Shown in pieces: positions 25,315 to 37,700 of a stretch of DNA of 64,000 nucleotides. Within the stretch, counting starts at the first letter, position 1. Every line of letters starts with the position of its first letter. Source of the stretch: Octopus sinensis (taxonomy: Eukaryota); the NCBI RefSeq assembly GCF_006345805.1, contig NC_043000.1:96472001-96536000 (forward strand). The letters are read 5' to 3'. The position numbers and the translations under genes were made by a program. The notes below the pieces were generated by a model. That model made no database searches. It worked only from the letters and a program-made list of their open reading frames with translations, and was not told where the DNA came from.

Positions 25315-25681
25315 GGCAGTTTGTCTGTGCGTGTTTCTGAGTGTCTGTCTGCTTGTACCCTCACCCTGACCACGGCTTTCAACCGATTCTGATGAAACTT
25401 GACACACACATAGCCCAATGTCATAATTCAAAACTAACGCAGCGAAAATTTTGAAAAGTTCCCCCAGTTCTGAAAAAAATCGATAAATTTGACATGGGGT
25501 CGAGAATCAGAAACACAAACCAAAAACTGTCTTGGGGACGCAACTCCACCTTTTTTAAATCACAAAAAAAAATTTACCATCTTTTTTTCCATTTTTTTGC
25601 TATTTTTTGGCTATAACTCTCTAAAAATGCTTTATAGTTATTTCCCTTACAAACCTGAGCAACGCCGGGCGATACTGCTAG
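25300..25681 (+). mobile_element. Non-autonomous Helitron, second family
   Basis: (TA)n start, TCTG microsatellite, AACCGATT..GAAACTT box, 3' GCAACGCCGGGCGATACTGCTAG|T shared with the other Helitrons. Confidence 0.8.
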
Positions 25682-26601
25682 TATATATATATATCCATAT
25701 CATTGTTATATGCGAACACATCGTACACTGTCATTTAACACAGTACGTCTGTAACAGATATTATCTCCCGACGAATATCGTAGTTAACTTGGCTTTCTAT
25801 GATTCATTTGAATTAAGTATGATACACTTGTCACTTTCTAATCTAATACTGCTTCTGTTGCTTATAACGAATTTTATTCTCCCAGACAACTAATTGCAAC
25901 ATCAGTGATTTTCCAGTCACTGTTTTTCTACATCAATGATGATGGATTTTGTCTTAGCATGCAGTTGCCAGTAGGTACATGCCGTTGATGAAGCTCACGA
26001 AGACAGAAATGCACATCTATCACTCTTGCCACCGCTGCTGTGCGATTTTCATCCGCTGCTGATATATTTTTGTGTTATTAACACAATATGTCCATAAGAG
26101 ATATTATTTCCAAACAACTACTACAGTCAATGTAGCTTTTCGTGATGTATTTATATTAAGTATGATACTTAGATCGCTATTCTTTTTATCGTTAATGTCG
26201 AAAAGATAAAAAACAATTTCTAAACAGCTAATCTCTAAAACTCAACATAATTTTCATTTTGTATCTGAAGTGTTTTAGGCCTGATGAGTTATAACAGTAA
26301 CAAAACTAGTCATTTCGATCCTCATTTTATCCAAAGCTTCATTTCACCACAAAACTAAATATATGGTTGTTAAACAAATGGATATGAATTATTAAACATA
26401 TCTATTCATAATTCAGAATGTTTACACATTGTTTCCATAGGATTTAGCATTCTAGGTTGTGTATTGTACTAGCAATATCAAACCGGATATGCAAGTGATA
26501 CTTGTATGTTGGAGATACTTGGACTTTGAAGAGGTCAACAAATGATCACGAAAAATCACTGAAGTGTTTTTTGAGTCTGGGCAGAAAACCTAGTCTTTCA
26601 C

Positions 26602-26667
<66 letters not shown>

Positions 26668-27377
26668 CACACACACATTCACACACTCATACACGTAAGA
26701 TTGCCATGGTAGATCCTCATAAATTGTTAAGCCCAGCAAGTATAGTTGCTTTTAAGTATTAAGTATTTTATTGTATAGTATCAAACTCTCTTCCTTAGGA
26801 TCCGTTTGTCTCAAGAAACAATGGAGTTTTTCCCATTGGTCAGCAAGTCGAAGTTGGTTGCACAGAGATCAGAATTTCCGTCTCAGCTTCTCTAGTGTGG
26901 CTGCAGGAAGAGTGTCGAGATGAATACCAGACCGTCTGGGGTGGGGGCGCATTTTCGGATTTGTTATGAGGTTTTACTTCATAGCCTCTCTGTCTTATAA
27001 AGTAGTGAGGCTGTGTACTTATAGCTGGGGATTTGTGATCCTGGACAGAGGTCCTGACTAGGCACCGTCAGTCAGAGTCAAAATTGCATGGATATGAGAT
27101 AACCCCCCCTCCAAAAAAAAAAACGCATGCACATTATTAAACCAACTTAAAGGCAATCAATTGTTTTTTTTAGAAATATTGACCAATATAAATATTAAAC
27201 AAAAAATTGAGGTGCAGTGTGGTGAGTGTGCACCGCGACAATACGTATTCGCTGTAGTCGAAGGCGTGTTGTATTTAAGGAAGGGCGTGACTAATTTAGC
27301 AAACGCTCAAGTTGACATAAGACATGCTACGGCGTTGACAAAAAGTCAAAATAATGTTTACATCACATCATCTATAT

Positions 27378-27649
27378 CAGTGGTTCCTGAAGTGGGCGGT
27401 ACTGCACCTTTGTGAGCGGTGGAAAAATCCAGCGAGGCGTTGAAGAAAAGTGGGATGATAATGGGGTAGCCAAAAGGGGGGCAATGGACGTAACCCTCCC
27501 CCAATAATGGATTAATTACGTTTAGTTTTATTTGTGAAATACAGTTGCTTTGAATTTGCAGTGGGAAGCGGTCTAGCTTTGTGATGGTGAGTGAGGTGGG
27601 GGCGCTAGGAATATGACCTGCGCAGACTGAAAAAGTTTGGGAAGCACTG
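27378..27649 (+). mobile_element. hAT MITE (272 bp)
   Basis: TIRs CAGTGGTTCCTGAAGT and AGTTTGGGAAGCACTG. TSD ATCTATAT / ATCTACAT (7 of 8). Confidence 0.85.
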
Positions 27650-28499
27650 ATCTACATAATCAATCTCGAAGGAGTATGCAAAAGTCTTGAGCAATGTCCC
27701 TTTCTACAGACTAAACTATAAACGGTATAATGGCATCAATAAAGATTAAAACAGTCTAAAGGAAAAGTTTATAACTTATAATTATTTATAGAGTAGCTCA
27801 AAGATAACCTTAAAAATGACAATATCAAGGATTTAGTTTTCATCAATCACAAATAATAGGGATCTCAACAGGCACAAGTTTCTCTCTCTCTCTCTCTCTT
27901 TCTATCTGTTAATTGCATGTCTGTCTATCTGTCTGTCATTCATAATGTAACTTGATACAGGGATATATTTAGTTCGGTATTCCGCCGTTCTTTAACTCAG
28001 TTTTAAATAAACTCTTCGAACACAATAATAGAAATTTTAGGCCTATGTAAATGGGAAGTGGTGACCTTCATGTCTTTGCGAAGGACACCATCGCTTGTAA
28101 ATGATGTGTAATTTTCCTAAGGGAGAGAGAATCAAAACTAATACGCGAAGAGCCAGCTTATTATACTCTACAGCGTCAAATTTATGCAAAATGAATAAAA
28201 ATAGTGAGACTTATAAGGGAAGGGAAACGAAATGGTTGTCATGTTTATAACTTTGTCAAGGGCATTAAACGATCTAAATACGCAACGGTTCCGAAGAAAA
28301 GAAAGAAAACAAAAAACAAAAAGCTTCCAATGTAAACAAAGATTAAATCTTAAGAGTTGAATGAATTTTCTTCATTACTACTGATGAGTGTCAGTGATAA
28401 CTGTCGGATGATCGGGTAATCAAGTATCGTTAGAATTCCCTGTTGTGGGTTTCTGCCAGTTCACTACGTTACCAGAATAAAATATTTTCAATCCTTCTC

Positions 28500-29034
28500 G
28501 TCGATTATATTTAAACGTTCCGCAGAGTATGGCTCTGGATAAGTTACGACTATGATGATTATGATTGGAAGGAAATGTAGTCGCACACGACTAGTCTACA
28601 CAAGCTTGCAACTCTGCACAGTAGTAGGGACCGTTTCCAGACTATCTCCATAGATGGTAACTAGCTTCCTGAGACAATCGTTTGTTTTGACTCCTTCTTT
28701 TACTGAAGCATTGAAATGAAATAAAATAATTAAATAACCACCCAAAACAAAGAAAGTTTTGTCAGCTGGGTGGCTCTCTAATCAAGGGAAGTAATTCTGA
28801 AGTCAACCCCCGCAAGTGACTATTTCGCTTGAACTTCGATCATGTTTTGCAGCTGGAATCAACCAGCGCCGATACATTTTATGAAAGGGAGGTCTGTTTC
28901 TGCTTGGATTATGTTGATCTAGGATAAAAACGTGTACCACGACATATCTTTACACTGTGGTGGTATTTTGTTTTATATATATTTATCTTGATATTAGTTT
29001 TTATGTAAGCTTTACATGACCACTTTCACAACAG
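28500..29034 (+). promoter_or_regulatory. Putative promoter and non-coding first exon of the FYCO1-like gene
   Basis: Repeat-poor, CpG-retaining stretch. GGAAATGTAGTC at 28571-28582 resembles the ACTACA/ZNF143-type promoter motif. Consensus donor CAG|GTAAGT at 29034/29035. Coding exon 1 is preceded by an acceptor, so an upstream exon is expected. Confidence 0.4.
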
Positions 29035-29655
29035 GTAAGTTGAGAGTAAGTTTACGTGTACGTGCCTGCATGTCTATCATATATGTATACACACACAAAC
29101 ACACATACACACGTTTGGTTACTTCTATATAATTAATTGAATGGCAGTGGGTTCATTTTTCGCTCAACATGTCATCAAAATAGAACGTGTGATGTTTATA
29201 CATACAGGGTGTTTCCCTAACTCCAAAACAAAAACAATTCACATATATTTGTGTCACGTCTCTGGCTATATGTGTGTGTGTGTTTGTGTATGAGTGAGAG
29301 AGAAAGAAATAGATGAGTGCCGTAATTCGAAAACAACAATCATTGTATATAAATCTAAGGGTACGAGTCTATCTGTGAGAAATACCGATCATAAATCTGA
29401 CAGCTCAAAATGATCGATAAATATAGTTTGCATACTAAGTGGTGGGGTACATATATATGCCTCATTTTGATATGTATTGCAGTCTGTGGCAAACCAATAC
29501 AGTTGTTTTTGTTTACTATGCCACTCTAACCTGTTTTCGCTTTATCGACTGTGTCAATATGTGTGTACGAAAACACCCAAGTAATGCGCATTTATTAAAT
29601 TGGTTTAACCATATTTCAACTGCGGGAATTTAAAACTGTCAACAAATGCAACAAA

Positions 29656-29703
<48 letters not shown>

Positions 29704-30825
29704 CACACACGCCATACATTTTGTGTCTGTGTGTGTATATGTATAATGTATGTATATAAACTATAGTTACGCAACAATACCAGTTTCCATGAAATTAAAG
29801 TACTTAGAGAAAATAATTACTGGAAAGAATACCCAAGATGCCTTTTGCATGGAATATATATAGTTAAGTTGTCGCTCACTGCATAAAGCATCTTAGTATC
29901 GTTTTAATTATTTTCTTTGTATAATCTGCTTCTTACTTATAATGAGGTCTTTCTACATTCAGATACGTTCATTCGTTCGTTGACACAGGTTTTAATTTCT
30001 GTAATTGAGGCAATTTAACCCGTATCTGTTGATAAGATGAAAATAATTAAAACACTAGGATGTGTGCCCTGAGTTAAAAAAAAACTATATATACGATGTT
30101 TCCACTTCTATTTATTTTTGAACGACATACCCAACTCATCCGTCAGTTGAGAATAATATAACACAGTTTAAGATTAGCATCAGGTTGTGTGTGTGTGTCT
30201 GTAAAATGTGGCAGAATCTCGTATCTCAGCATTAGCGAACTGTATTTGATTGTCAATCAGGCTGTGGCTGTATTGATGAGTAACGATTTCAAGACTATTA
30301 TCATAAAACATGTTAGTCACTCATCCTTCTACATCCTATCGATCTTCGTTGGTTTAGATTTTTAATCGTTACAAAAATTAAAATGCTCCCTTTCCTATAT
30401 ATTTGTACGCACACACACATATGATTTATATATGCAGTGTTTATCTTCGATAACAGCATGATCGAATTTCAATCTTGAAAAGCATCATGTGATAAGATGT
30501 GAAAGATAGAGAAACCGGGAGTTTTTAAAGGGGAGGATCTGAGAGAGAGAGAGAGAGAGAGTATTGTTATGTGGCCAATAAATCTGAAAATATTCTGAAT
30601 GTTCTTACATATTCAAAATATTCAGAATATTTACAGATTGAAACATATCCAAATTTTATTTCACTCATAGAATTATGTTTATATGAATGTATGGTATATA
30701 GTTGTATCTGTTTATATATATGTATCGTATCTTTACAATTTGGTATTTTAAAGTATATTTTAAAATTATACTGTAAAAGTCTCCTGTCTATTTCTCATAC
30801 GTTACAATAATAATTGTTTGTAATT

Positions 30826-31890
30826 TAGGCGCGTGGTCAGCAATTTTGTTGGGATGGGAGTTACTCGAGTACTTCCATTCCAATAACGAACCAATACTTA
30901 TTTTCATCGAACCCCAGAGGGATAGAAGGTAACGTTAACTTATGTGAGATTTGAATACAGAACGAGCACAAATACCATAAGACATTTTGTTCGACGCTCT
31001 GACGGTTCTGCTGACCCACCGTCCTTAATATTTGTTTCCAAAGTAGGCACAAAGGCCATAACTTAAGGAGAGATGATATGCGATTAAATCGATAGCAGTA
31101 TTTTATTGGCACTTTATTTTATCGAACTCAGAAGGATGAAAGGCAAAGTTAACCTTGGCGGGATTTGAACTAAGAACATGAAGGCACATTTTGCCGAACA
31201 TACTAACAACACGAACAGTCGATCACCCTTAGAATAATTTCTAACAGCCACAAGGTTATAAATTTGAAGGGAGGGGGTCAGTCGATTAAAACGATCGTAT
31301 ATTTGACTGGTAATCTATTTTATAGATGACCCTAGGAGTGTGGAAGACAGAGTAGACTTTAGCAGGATTTGTACTCAGAGCATAAAGAGCCTGAACCAAT
31401 GAAAGGCATTTTGTTCGATGCTCAAACGATTTTGTTAGTCTTCTATCTTTCAGACATGGTTTCAAATTGTGACACAAAGCCAACAATTTTGAGGAGAGGA
31501 ACTTTGTCAGTTCCAACATTTCCAGTACTTGACTGGTCTTTAAGTTTATTGAGTTTAGGAGGATGAAAGGCAAAGTTAACGTTAATGGGATTTGAACTCA
31601 AAATGTAAAGAGTAGGAACTGCAAGGCATTTTTCCAATGTGCTAACGATTGTTTTTTCCTTTTCTTTTCTTTTTTTTTTTGTTCACTGATTCTGCCAATC
31701 CACCAACCTGAAAAATAATAATAATTTTAAATTTAGGCTCAAAGCCAGGAATTTTGAGGTTAAGAAGTTCACCAGTTAAACTGAATCCAGTGCTTAACTG
31801 CCATTGTATTTTACCATTGATAACTCAAATTGAGCCTTGGTGGGATTTGGAAGTCAGATCAAATACCACAAGGCATTTTATCCAATTTCA
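30826..31890 (-). mobile_element. Tandem array of about 5 degenerate family A SINEs
   Basis: Repeated GGATGAAAGGCAAAGT..ACC...GATTTGAACT units in the same orientation. Confidence 0.75.
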
Positions 31891-32190
31891 TCTGTTTGTT
31901 TTCTGTGTAATTTTCCATACTAGCATGGGTTAGTTGAATACATTATTGTGGCATTATTTTAACAGGTGGATGCCTTTCCTGTTGCTAACCCTTACCTGTT
32001 TTTCAAGTAAGGGGATTCTCTTATTTCACACATCTCTAAAGGTGCAAAGAAAGCAGACAATTTGTTGACAGAAGTGACAGCAACATCACTCATAGTCAGC
32101 AACTTTTGTAGAACACAAATATAATGCTTATGGACAAACACACACATACATGATATTTATATCGTTGGCTTTTAGCTTCTGTCTACCAAA

Positions 32191-32614
32191 TCTACACATA
32201 TAAAGCTGAAGTTGTCTCTGTGTGTGTGTGTGTGGCAGGTTTGGTAGCCTTCAACTAACACTATCTCCTCTGAGACCCTGCAGAGTATGATAGAAGAAGG
32301 CTTGTTCTTCATTCCGTAGAAGAAAAATTCAAATCGGACCATGTTAATACCAAAAATTATTTACATCAAAAGGTGTTTTTTTTCTATAAAAATCCCTATT
32401 TTTTACGATTTTTTGACTGCTGTGTCGCCATTTTTCGGTGTATTTCAATCAGAAGAATGTTCACTTAAAGAGAATAACAAGCTACATAATGCAAAATTTT
32501 TACTTTTCAAAAAAGATTGAAACTATTTCAAAACTTTGTTAATGCAACATCAGAGTCTGCTGTTTTAAGCGCAACTAAAAAAGAAACCCGAGCAACACTG
32601 GGCTATACTGCTAG
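32191..32614 (+). mobile_element. Non-autonomous Helitron inserted into a SINE
   Basis: Starts TC after an A. Ends with hairpin CCCGAGCAACACTGGG and CTAG before a T. The flanks rejoin as SINE sequence CTACCAAA|TTCACT. Confidence 0.88.
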
Positions 32615-33598
32615 TTCACTGATAAAGCTTTGTCAGAGTTGGGCTATAGGAGAAGACATTCACCCAAAGTGTCAAAGTGGGACTGAACCTGAAGCCATAT
32701 GGTTGGTCAACAAACTTCTTAGCCACACAACTATTCCTGCATTTAACAATTCTGCCTAATTGATGTTGTTGATGATGATGATAATTTCTCATAACGAGTG
32801 GATAGCCAGGTCATGCCCCAAATAATACACAAAATATATTACAATGTCATTGTCACAAAAGCTTACTGAATATGGAAGGTTGTTTTCATTGTTATGAGTA
32901 TAAGACAACTAACCTACTGTTACATACACGACTTCTAATATAAAACTGTATTTGCTATAATTCTGTATTTTTCAATTTTTAAAGAATGGATTTAATATAT
33001 ATATAGGCCATAGGCCAACAGGTCTCAGGGTCTGAAGATATGCCATAAAGGCATTTGCCTTTATCAGTTGAGACACCAGAATTTAATATGGTATTATCCA
33101 TACAATTTCAAAATAAGGTGATTAAAATCAAAATAAGCAACAAGGATATCCTCTGGATATCCTTTTTGCTTATTTTTATATATGTATATATGGACCACTG
33201 AACTCAACACACTTTTTTTTCATTTTCATTTTCATTTCCTCTTATTCCTTTCTGTCAAAGAGCTTAGGCTTGAAATGTAAAAGTCTTTTTCCATTTTTCC
33301 CGAGCATCAAACTAATACACTTGCTTGTTGTTCCTACACCTGTCTTTGTCTTTCTATAAATTTGAATTATACATATTATTGTGTCTAGGGTGAGTCATTC
33401 TGTTTTAATGCCTTATTAATTAACACACTCACTGGTTTGGTTTCCACTCATTTACTTATCTATTTCTTCTAAAATTTTTGTTGTTTCTTGCAACCTCTTC
33501 AATAGTTATTGATTATGTCCATTATCAGAGCTGTATTCTTTTTGTTTGTTTGTCTGAATGTGTGTGCATGTGTATACACATATGTATGCATGTGTGTG

Positions 33599-33656
<58 letters not shown>

Positions 33657-33934
33657 TTCTGCATATTCATGTGTGTGTACCTCTGTCTCCTTGTGTGTGC
33701 ATATTTGAATGTGTCTATGTGTATAGGTTTGTGTGACTGTTATGTATGGATGTGTCTCCATATGTGCCCTTGTGGGTGTGAAGTGTGTGCGTGTGTATAT
33801 GGTCAAGTGTTTCAGTCTTCGTTTGTGTATGTATGTGTGTGTGTGTGCTTGTCTGTCCATATTATCTATGTACCTATCAATCTACTTATTTATCTGTTTA
33901 CTTACATATCCATTTACCTGCTTTTATATATATA

Positions 33935-34005
<71 letters not shown>

Positions 34006-34029
34006 CTAGATAACAGCCTACTAACAAAT

Positions 34030-34330
34030 CTACCTGTGTATGTATAAACTATGGGTACTGGGTATCACTACCTTCTGTGTATATTTCCTATTAAGTATTG
34101 GGGCTGTTTCTTTTATGAGGACGTATTCTAGTATTTGTCTCAGTGTTGAGTCCTTTGGGTGCTTGGGTAAAATGCGGATGTCAAGTTGACTCAGTGTGCC
34201 TCCATGTTGGTTTTTGGCTTGTTGGTAGAATATGGAGGACTGGTTTTTTGTTGTCATATTGTCTCAAATGTCCATTTAGTCTCTCTGCAATGCTTCTAGA
34301 TGTTCTAGGTGCTGAGTTGTCAAACATTTA
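34030..34330 (-). mobile_element. Penelope-like element GIY-YIG endonuclease fragment
   Basis: Minus strand TSRSIAERLNGHLR, then (frameshift) ...DSTLRQILEYVLIKETAPILN. These are the R..EH and E..I....P.LN motifs of PLE GIY-YIG. Confidence 0.65.
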
Positions 34331-34634
34331 AACCAAATTTTCTCAAAACAACTTGTCCGACCGTCCCATTTTGTGCAAACTGCACGTGCATTTTTCTTGT
34401 GTATGTGTAGTATCGATCACAACAGCTGATATACTTGCGCATACAAATGCACTTTCCCATGGCTTTATCGATCGCATTCTCACTTGGAATCAATTTAAAA
34501 AATTTTTTCAAGACTTATACACGCCCTGATACTGTTGGTATCTACATATCAAATTTGAGCCCAATCGGATGGAGGATGCCAGAGATCCTAGAAGACACAC
34601 AGACAGACAGACAGAATAGATTTTATATAATAGA
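34330..34634 (-). mobile_element. Helitron-like 5' fragment
   Basis: Minus strand begins TCTATTATATAAAA, then (TCTG)n and a CCGATTGGGCTCAAATTTG box. No CTAG end seen. Confidence 0.55.
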
Positions 34635-34968
34635 CATATATATATATATCATCGTCATCATCGTTTGACAGGAGCTGACCAGCTGAAGGGCTGTTCAGAC
34701 TCCATGTCTGTTTTGGCATGGTTGAGCTTCCTTACGCCAACCACTTTACAGAGTGTACTAGGTGCTCTTATGCAGCACCTGCATGGGTGCCCTTTGTGTG
34801 GCACCAGCACCTATGAGCCTGCAAGACACAAGATTAGGGATGTTCAGCTGAAGGGGATTGAAGGAGATGAGCCTGTATGTGTGTGTGACTGTATGTATAT
34901 CTATATCTATCTATATATATACACACATATATATATATATACACACACACATATATATATATACATAC

Positions 34969-35001
<33 letters not shown>

Positions 35002-35245
35002 CAAGATAAGAAAATAGAGAAATACATCTAAATCAAATATCAATTACCAGATAATACTCAATCACATACTTTATTAAATCACCATATAAGAGACTGTGGG
35101 GTTAAACATAAAAAAGCAGAACAAATCAGTGTACATAAAGGAATGTACATAAAAAGGTGTACATAAAAGAGTAATGTTGTATAATAAGTAGAATGTATAT
35201 AAAAAAAGAGAATATAAATATAAGTAAATATAAATATAAGTATAG

Positions 35246-35385
35246 ATTACATCTTACAGCTGTTTCGGCCATGTAGATAAGTATGTCTCATTTTACCAAT
35301 ATTAGCCCTTTATGGTAGGTCAATATATAGATATAAATGAGACATTTACAAAAATATCATAAGGCCTCTTCGGAGATTATGTAAT
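35246..35385 (-). ncRNA. Type-I hammerhead-like motif with extended stem II
   Basis: Minus strand ATCT-CCGAAGA-GGCC-(about 95 nt including an 11-bp helix)-GGCC-GAAA-CAGCTGTA-AGAT. U4 is C. Confidence 0.55.
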
Positions 35386-35560
35386 ATAAATCGGTCTACA
35401 TATATACCCACATGGGTGTGGGTACATACCCATAATACAACATATACATATACATATGAGTGCATATACTCACACTCCTATACATATAAAAATATACATA
35501 TACATAATGATGTAAATAAATAATATAAATTAGTAAACATCCCTATCTCAATTTGTATAT

Positions 35561-35609
<49 letters not shown>

Positions 35610-36072
35610 TGCAACAGAATGACTCAAGATCTGAGAGTTTTGTGCATTAGCACTTTTATATATATATATATACAAATAAGAAAATGGAGAAACAAATTCA
35701 TTTCGATCATCAACTTATGGATATTACAATTTCGCATTATTTATTAATTATACAAATGGGAACATCAAAATTGAACAAAATAATATACATCAATATGTAA
35801 TATAATAATAAAAATAAAAATAATACAAATAAACTGCTCCTTGCTGCTGTTTCAGCCTATGGTCAAGAGTCAATCCAACTTAAATTGCCTATAGATGCCA
35901 TTGTAATATAGTCCTAGGCATTAAAAGTTATATTTATCTGTTTAAATAACCAAAGGCCTCGTCAAAGGATATACATAACTAGAAAAGTATAATAATAATA
36001 TTGATATATAAAAAACATGCTTCACTTACTATCCAATAAAAACAATAAAATAAATAATAAGACAAATATTCA

Positions 36073-36105
<33 letters not shown>

Positions 36106-36132
36106 CATACATAGGCAAATCATACATAGTAA

Positions 36133-36482
36133 TCATCATCATCATCATCATCGTTTAACAACTGCTTTCCATGCTAGCATAGGTTGGACGGTTCAACTGG
36201 GGTCTGGGAAGCCCGAAGCCTGCATCAGGCCAGTCAGATCTGGCAGTGTTTCTACAGCTGGATGCCCTTCCTAACTCCAACCACTCCGTGAGTGTAGTGG
36301 GTGCTTTTTATGTGCCACCGACACAGGTGCCAGACGAGGCTGGCGAATGCCCACGCTCGGATGGTGCTTTTTACGTGCCACCGGCACGGAGGCCAGGCGA
36401 GGCTGGCAACGGCCACAATCGGATGGTGTTTGTTACGTGCCACCAGCACGGAGACCAGTCGATGCGGTGCTGGCTACAGCGT
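36133..36482 (-). mobile_element. RTE 3' UTR fragment
   Basis: Reverse-complement match to 44500-44775. Similar pieces at about 37430-37660, 41940-42200, 42985-43260, 50670-50960, 51705-52170, 53300-53520, 53940-54170, 60450-60640. Confidence 0.85.
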
Positions 36483-37229
36483 GCAAAATACATAAAGAAC
36501 AACATTGAACAATATATCACATTACATTGGATTATTATGCTTCGTATAGTCCAGTAAATGCATTCTAACGTAACATACTACCACTTTTAACAATATCTAC
36601 AGTATTGTTGTTTTAACGATAATACTAAACAACATAACAAAAATTCATGAAACAAGGTACTAAGTATAGATATTCACACATACATATATATATATACATA
36701 TGTACAAACAAGATATTTGCGTATGAATATATTATACAAACATAATCTAAATAATACTTAATGCATCCGCTTAACACGAACAAGTTAAATTCTAGCATCC
36801 AAAACATTCAATCCAAATTACAAGTCCAGGCAAGGTCAGTGCCACAAAATATAAGTCCCCGTTATATGCATATTAGATTTCACAATGTTTACATTCTTGT
36901 TATATGGATATTAAAGTTAATACATCCACATAATCAAATAAATTTAATTTAAAAAAAAACATAGTAGTAACTTAAACTCCATGTCCAAGTTTAATTTAGT
37001 CCGAGGTTTGCGTTAAAGTATGCATATATATTTATATATATATATTGCGACAGAATGACTCAATTTTTAATGCCTAGGACTATATTACAATGGCATCTGT
37101 GATACCGGAATGGACATAGCCAATCTGAAAAAAGCGGCCCAAGATAGAACTGACTGGAGGACACTGATCCAACATGTAACTGAGAGTCGACTTCGACTGA
37201 GCGGATAGATAGATAGATATATACATACA

Positions 37230-37263
<34 letters not shown>

Positions 37264-37300
37264 CATACATATATATATATATATATATAATATATATATA

Positions 37301-37346
<46 letters not shown>

Positions 37347-37700
37347 CAACAGAATGACTCAATATCTGAGAGTTTCATGCACTAGCACTTTTATATATAT
37401 ATATATATATATCATGTCCTATGCTAGTGTCACATAAGAAGTACCCATACTGCACCATGTGAAAAGATCCTATGCTGGCACCATGTAAAAAACACTCATG
37501 CTGGAGCCACACAAAAAGCATCCAGTGCATTCTGTAAAGTAGTTGACATTAGGAAAGGCATCCGGCTGTAAAAAATGGTCAAGTGGAGCCTGGTGCTGCT
37601 CTGCAGCTTACCAGCTCCTGTCTAACCCATACCAGCATGGAAAACAAACGTTAAATGATTATTGGCGACAGTAGCAGCTTCAGCAGCAGTAGTAGTAGTA

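Noticed and set aside
26281-26311. CTGATGA GTTA..TAAC AAAA CTAGTC hammerhead-like motif
   Set aside because: G12 is A and stem I barely pairs. Counted only as a dead relic, not a feature.
26800-26910. Possible minus-strand exon
   Set aside because: All three frames hit stops; no homology recognised.
28381-28420. CTGATGA core
   Set aside because: No stem II-GAAA or stem III follows.
33245-33290. GAGCTTAGGCTTGAAATGTA hammerhead-like relic
   Set aside because: Core too degenerate to parse.
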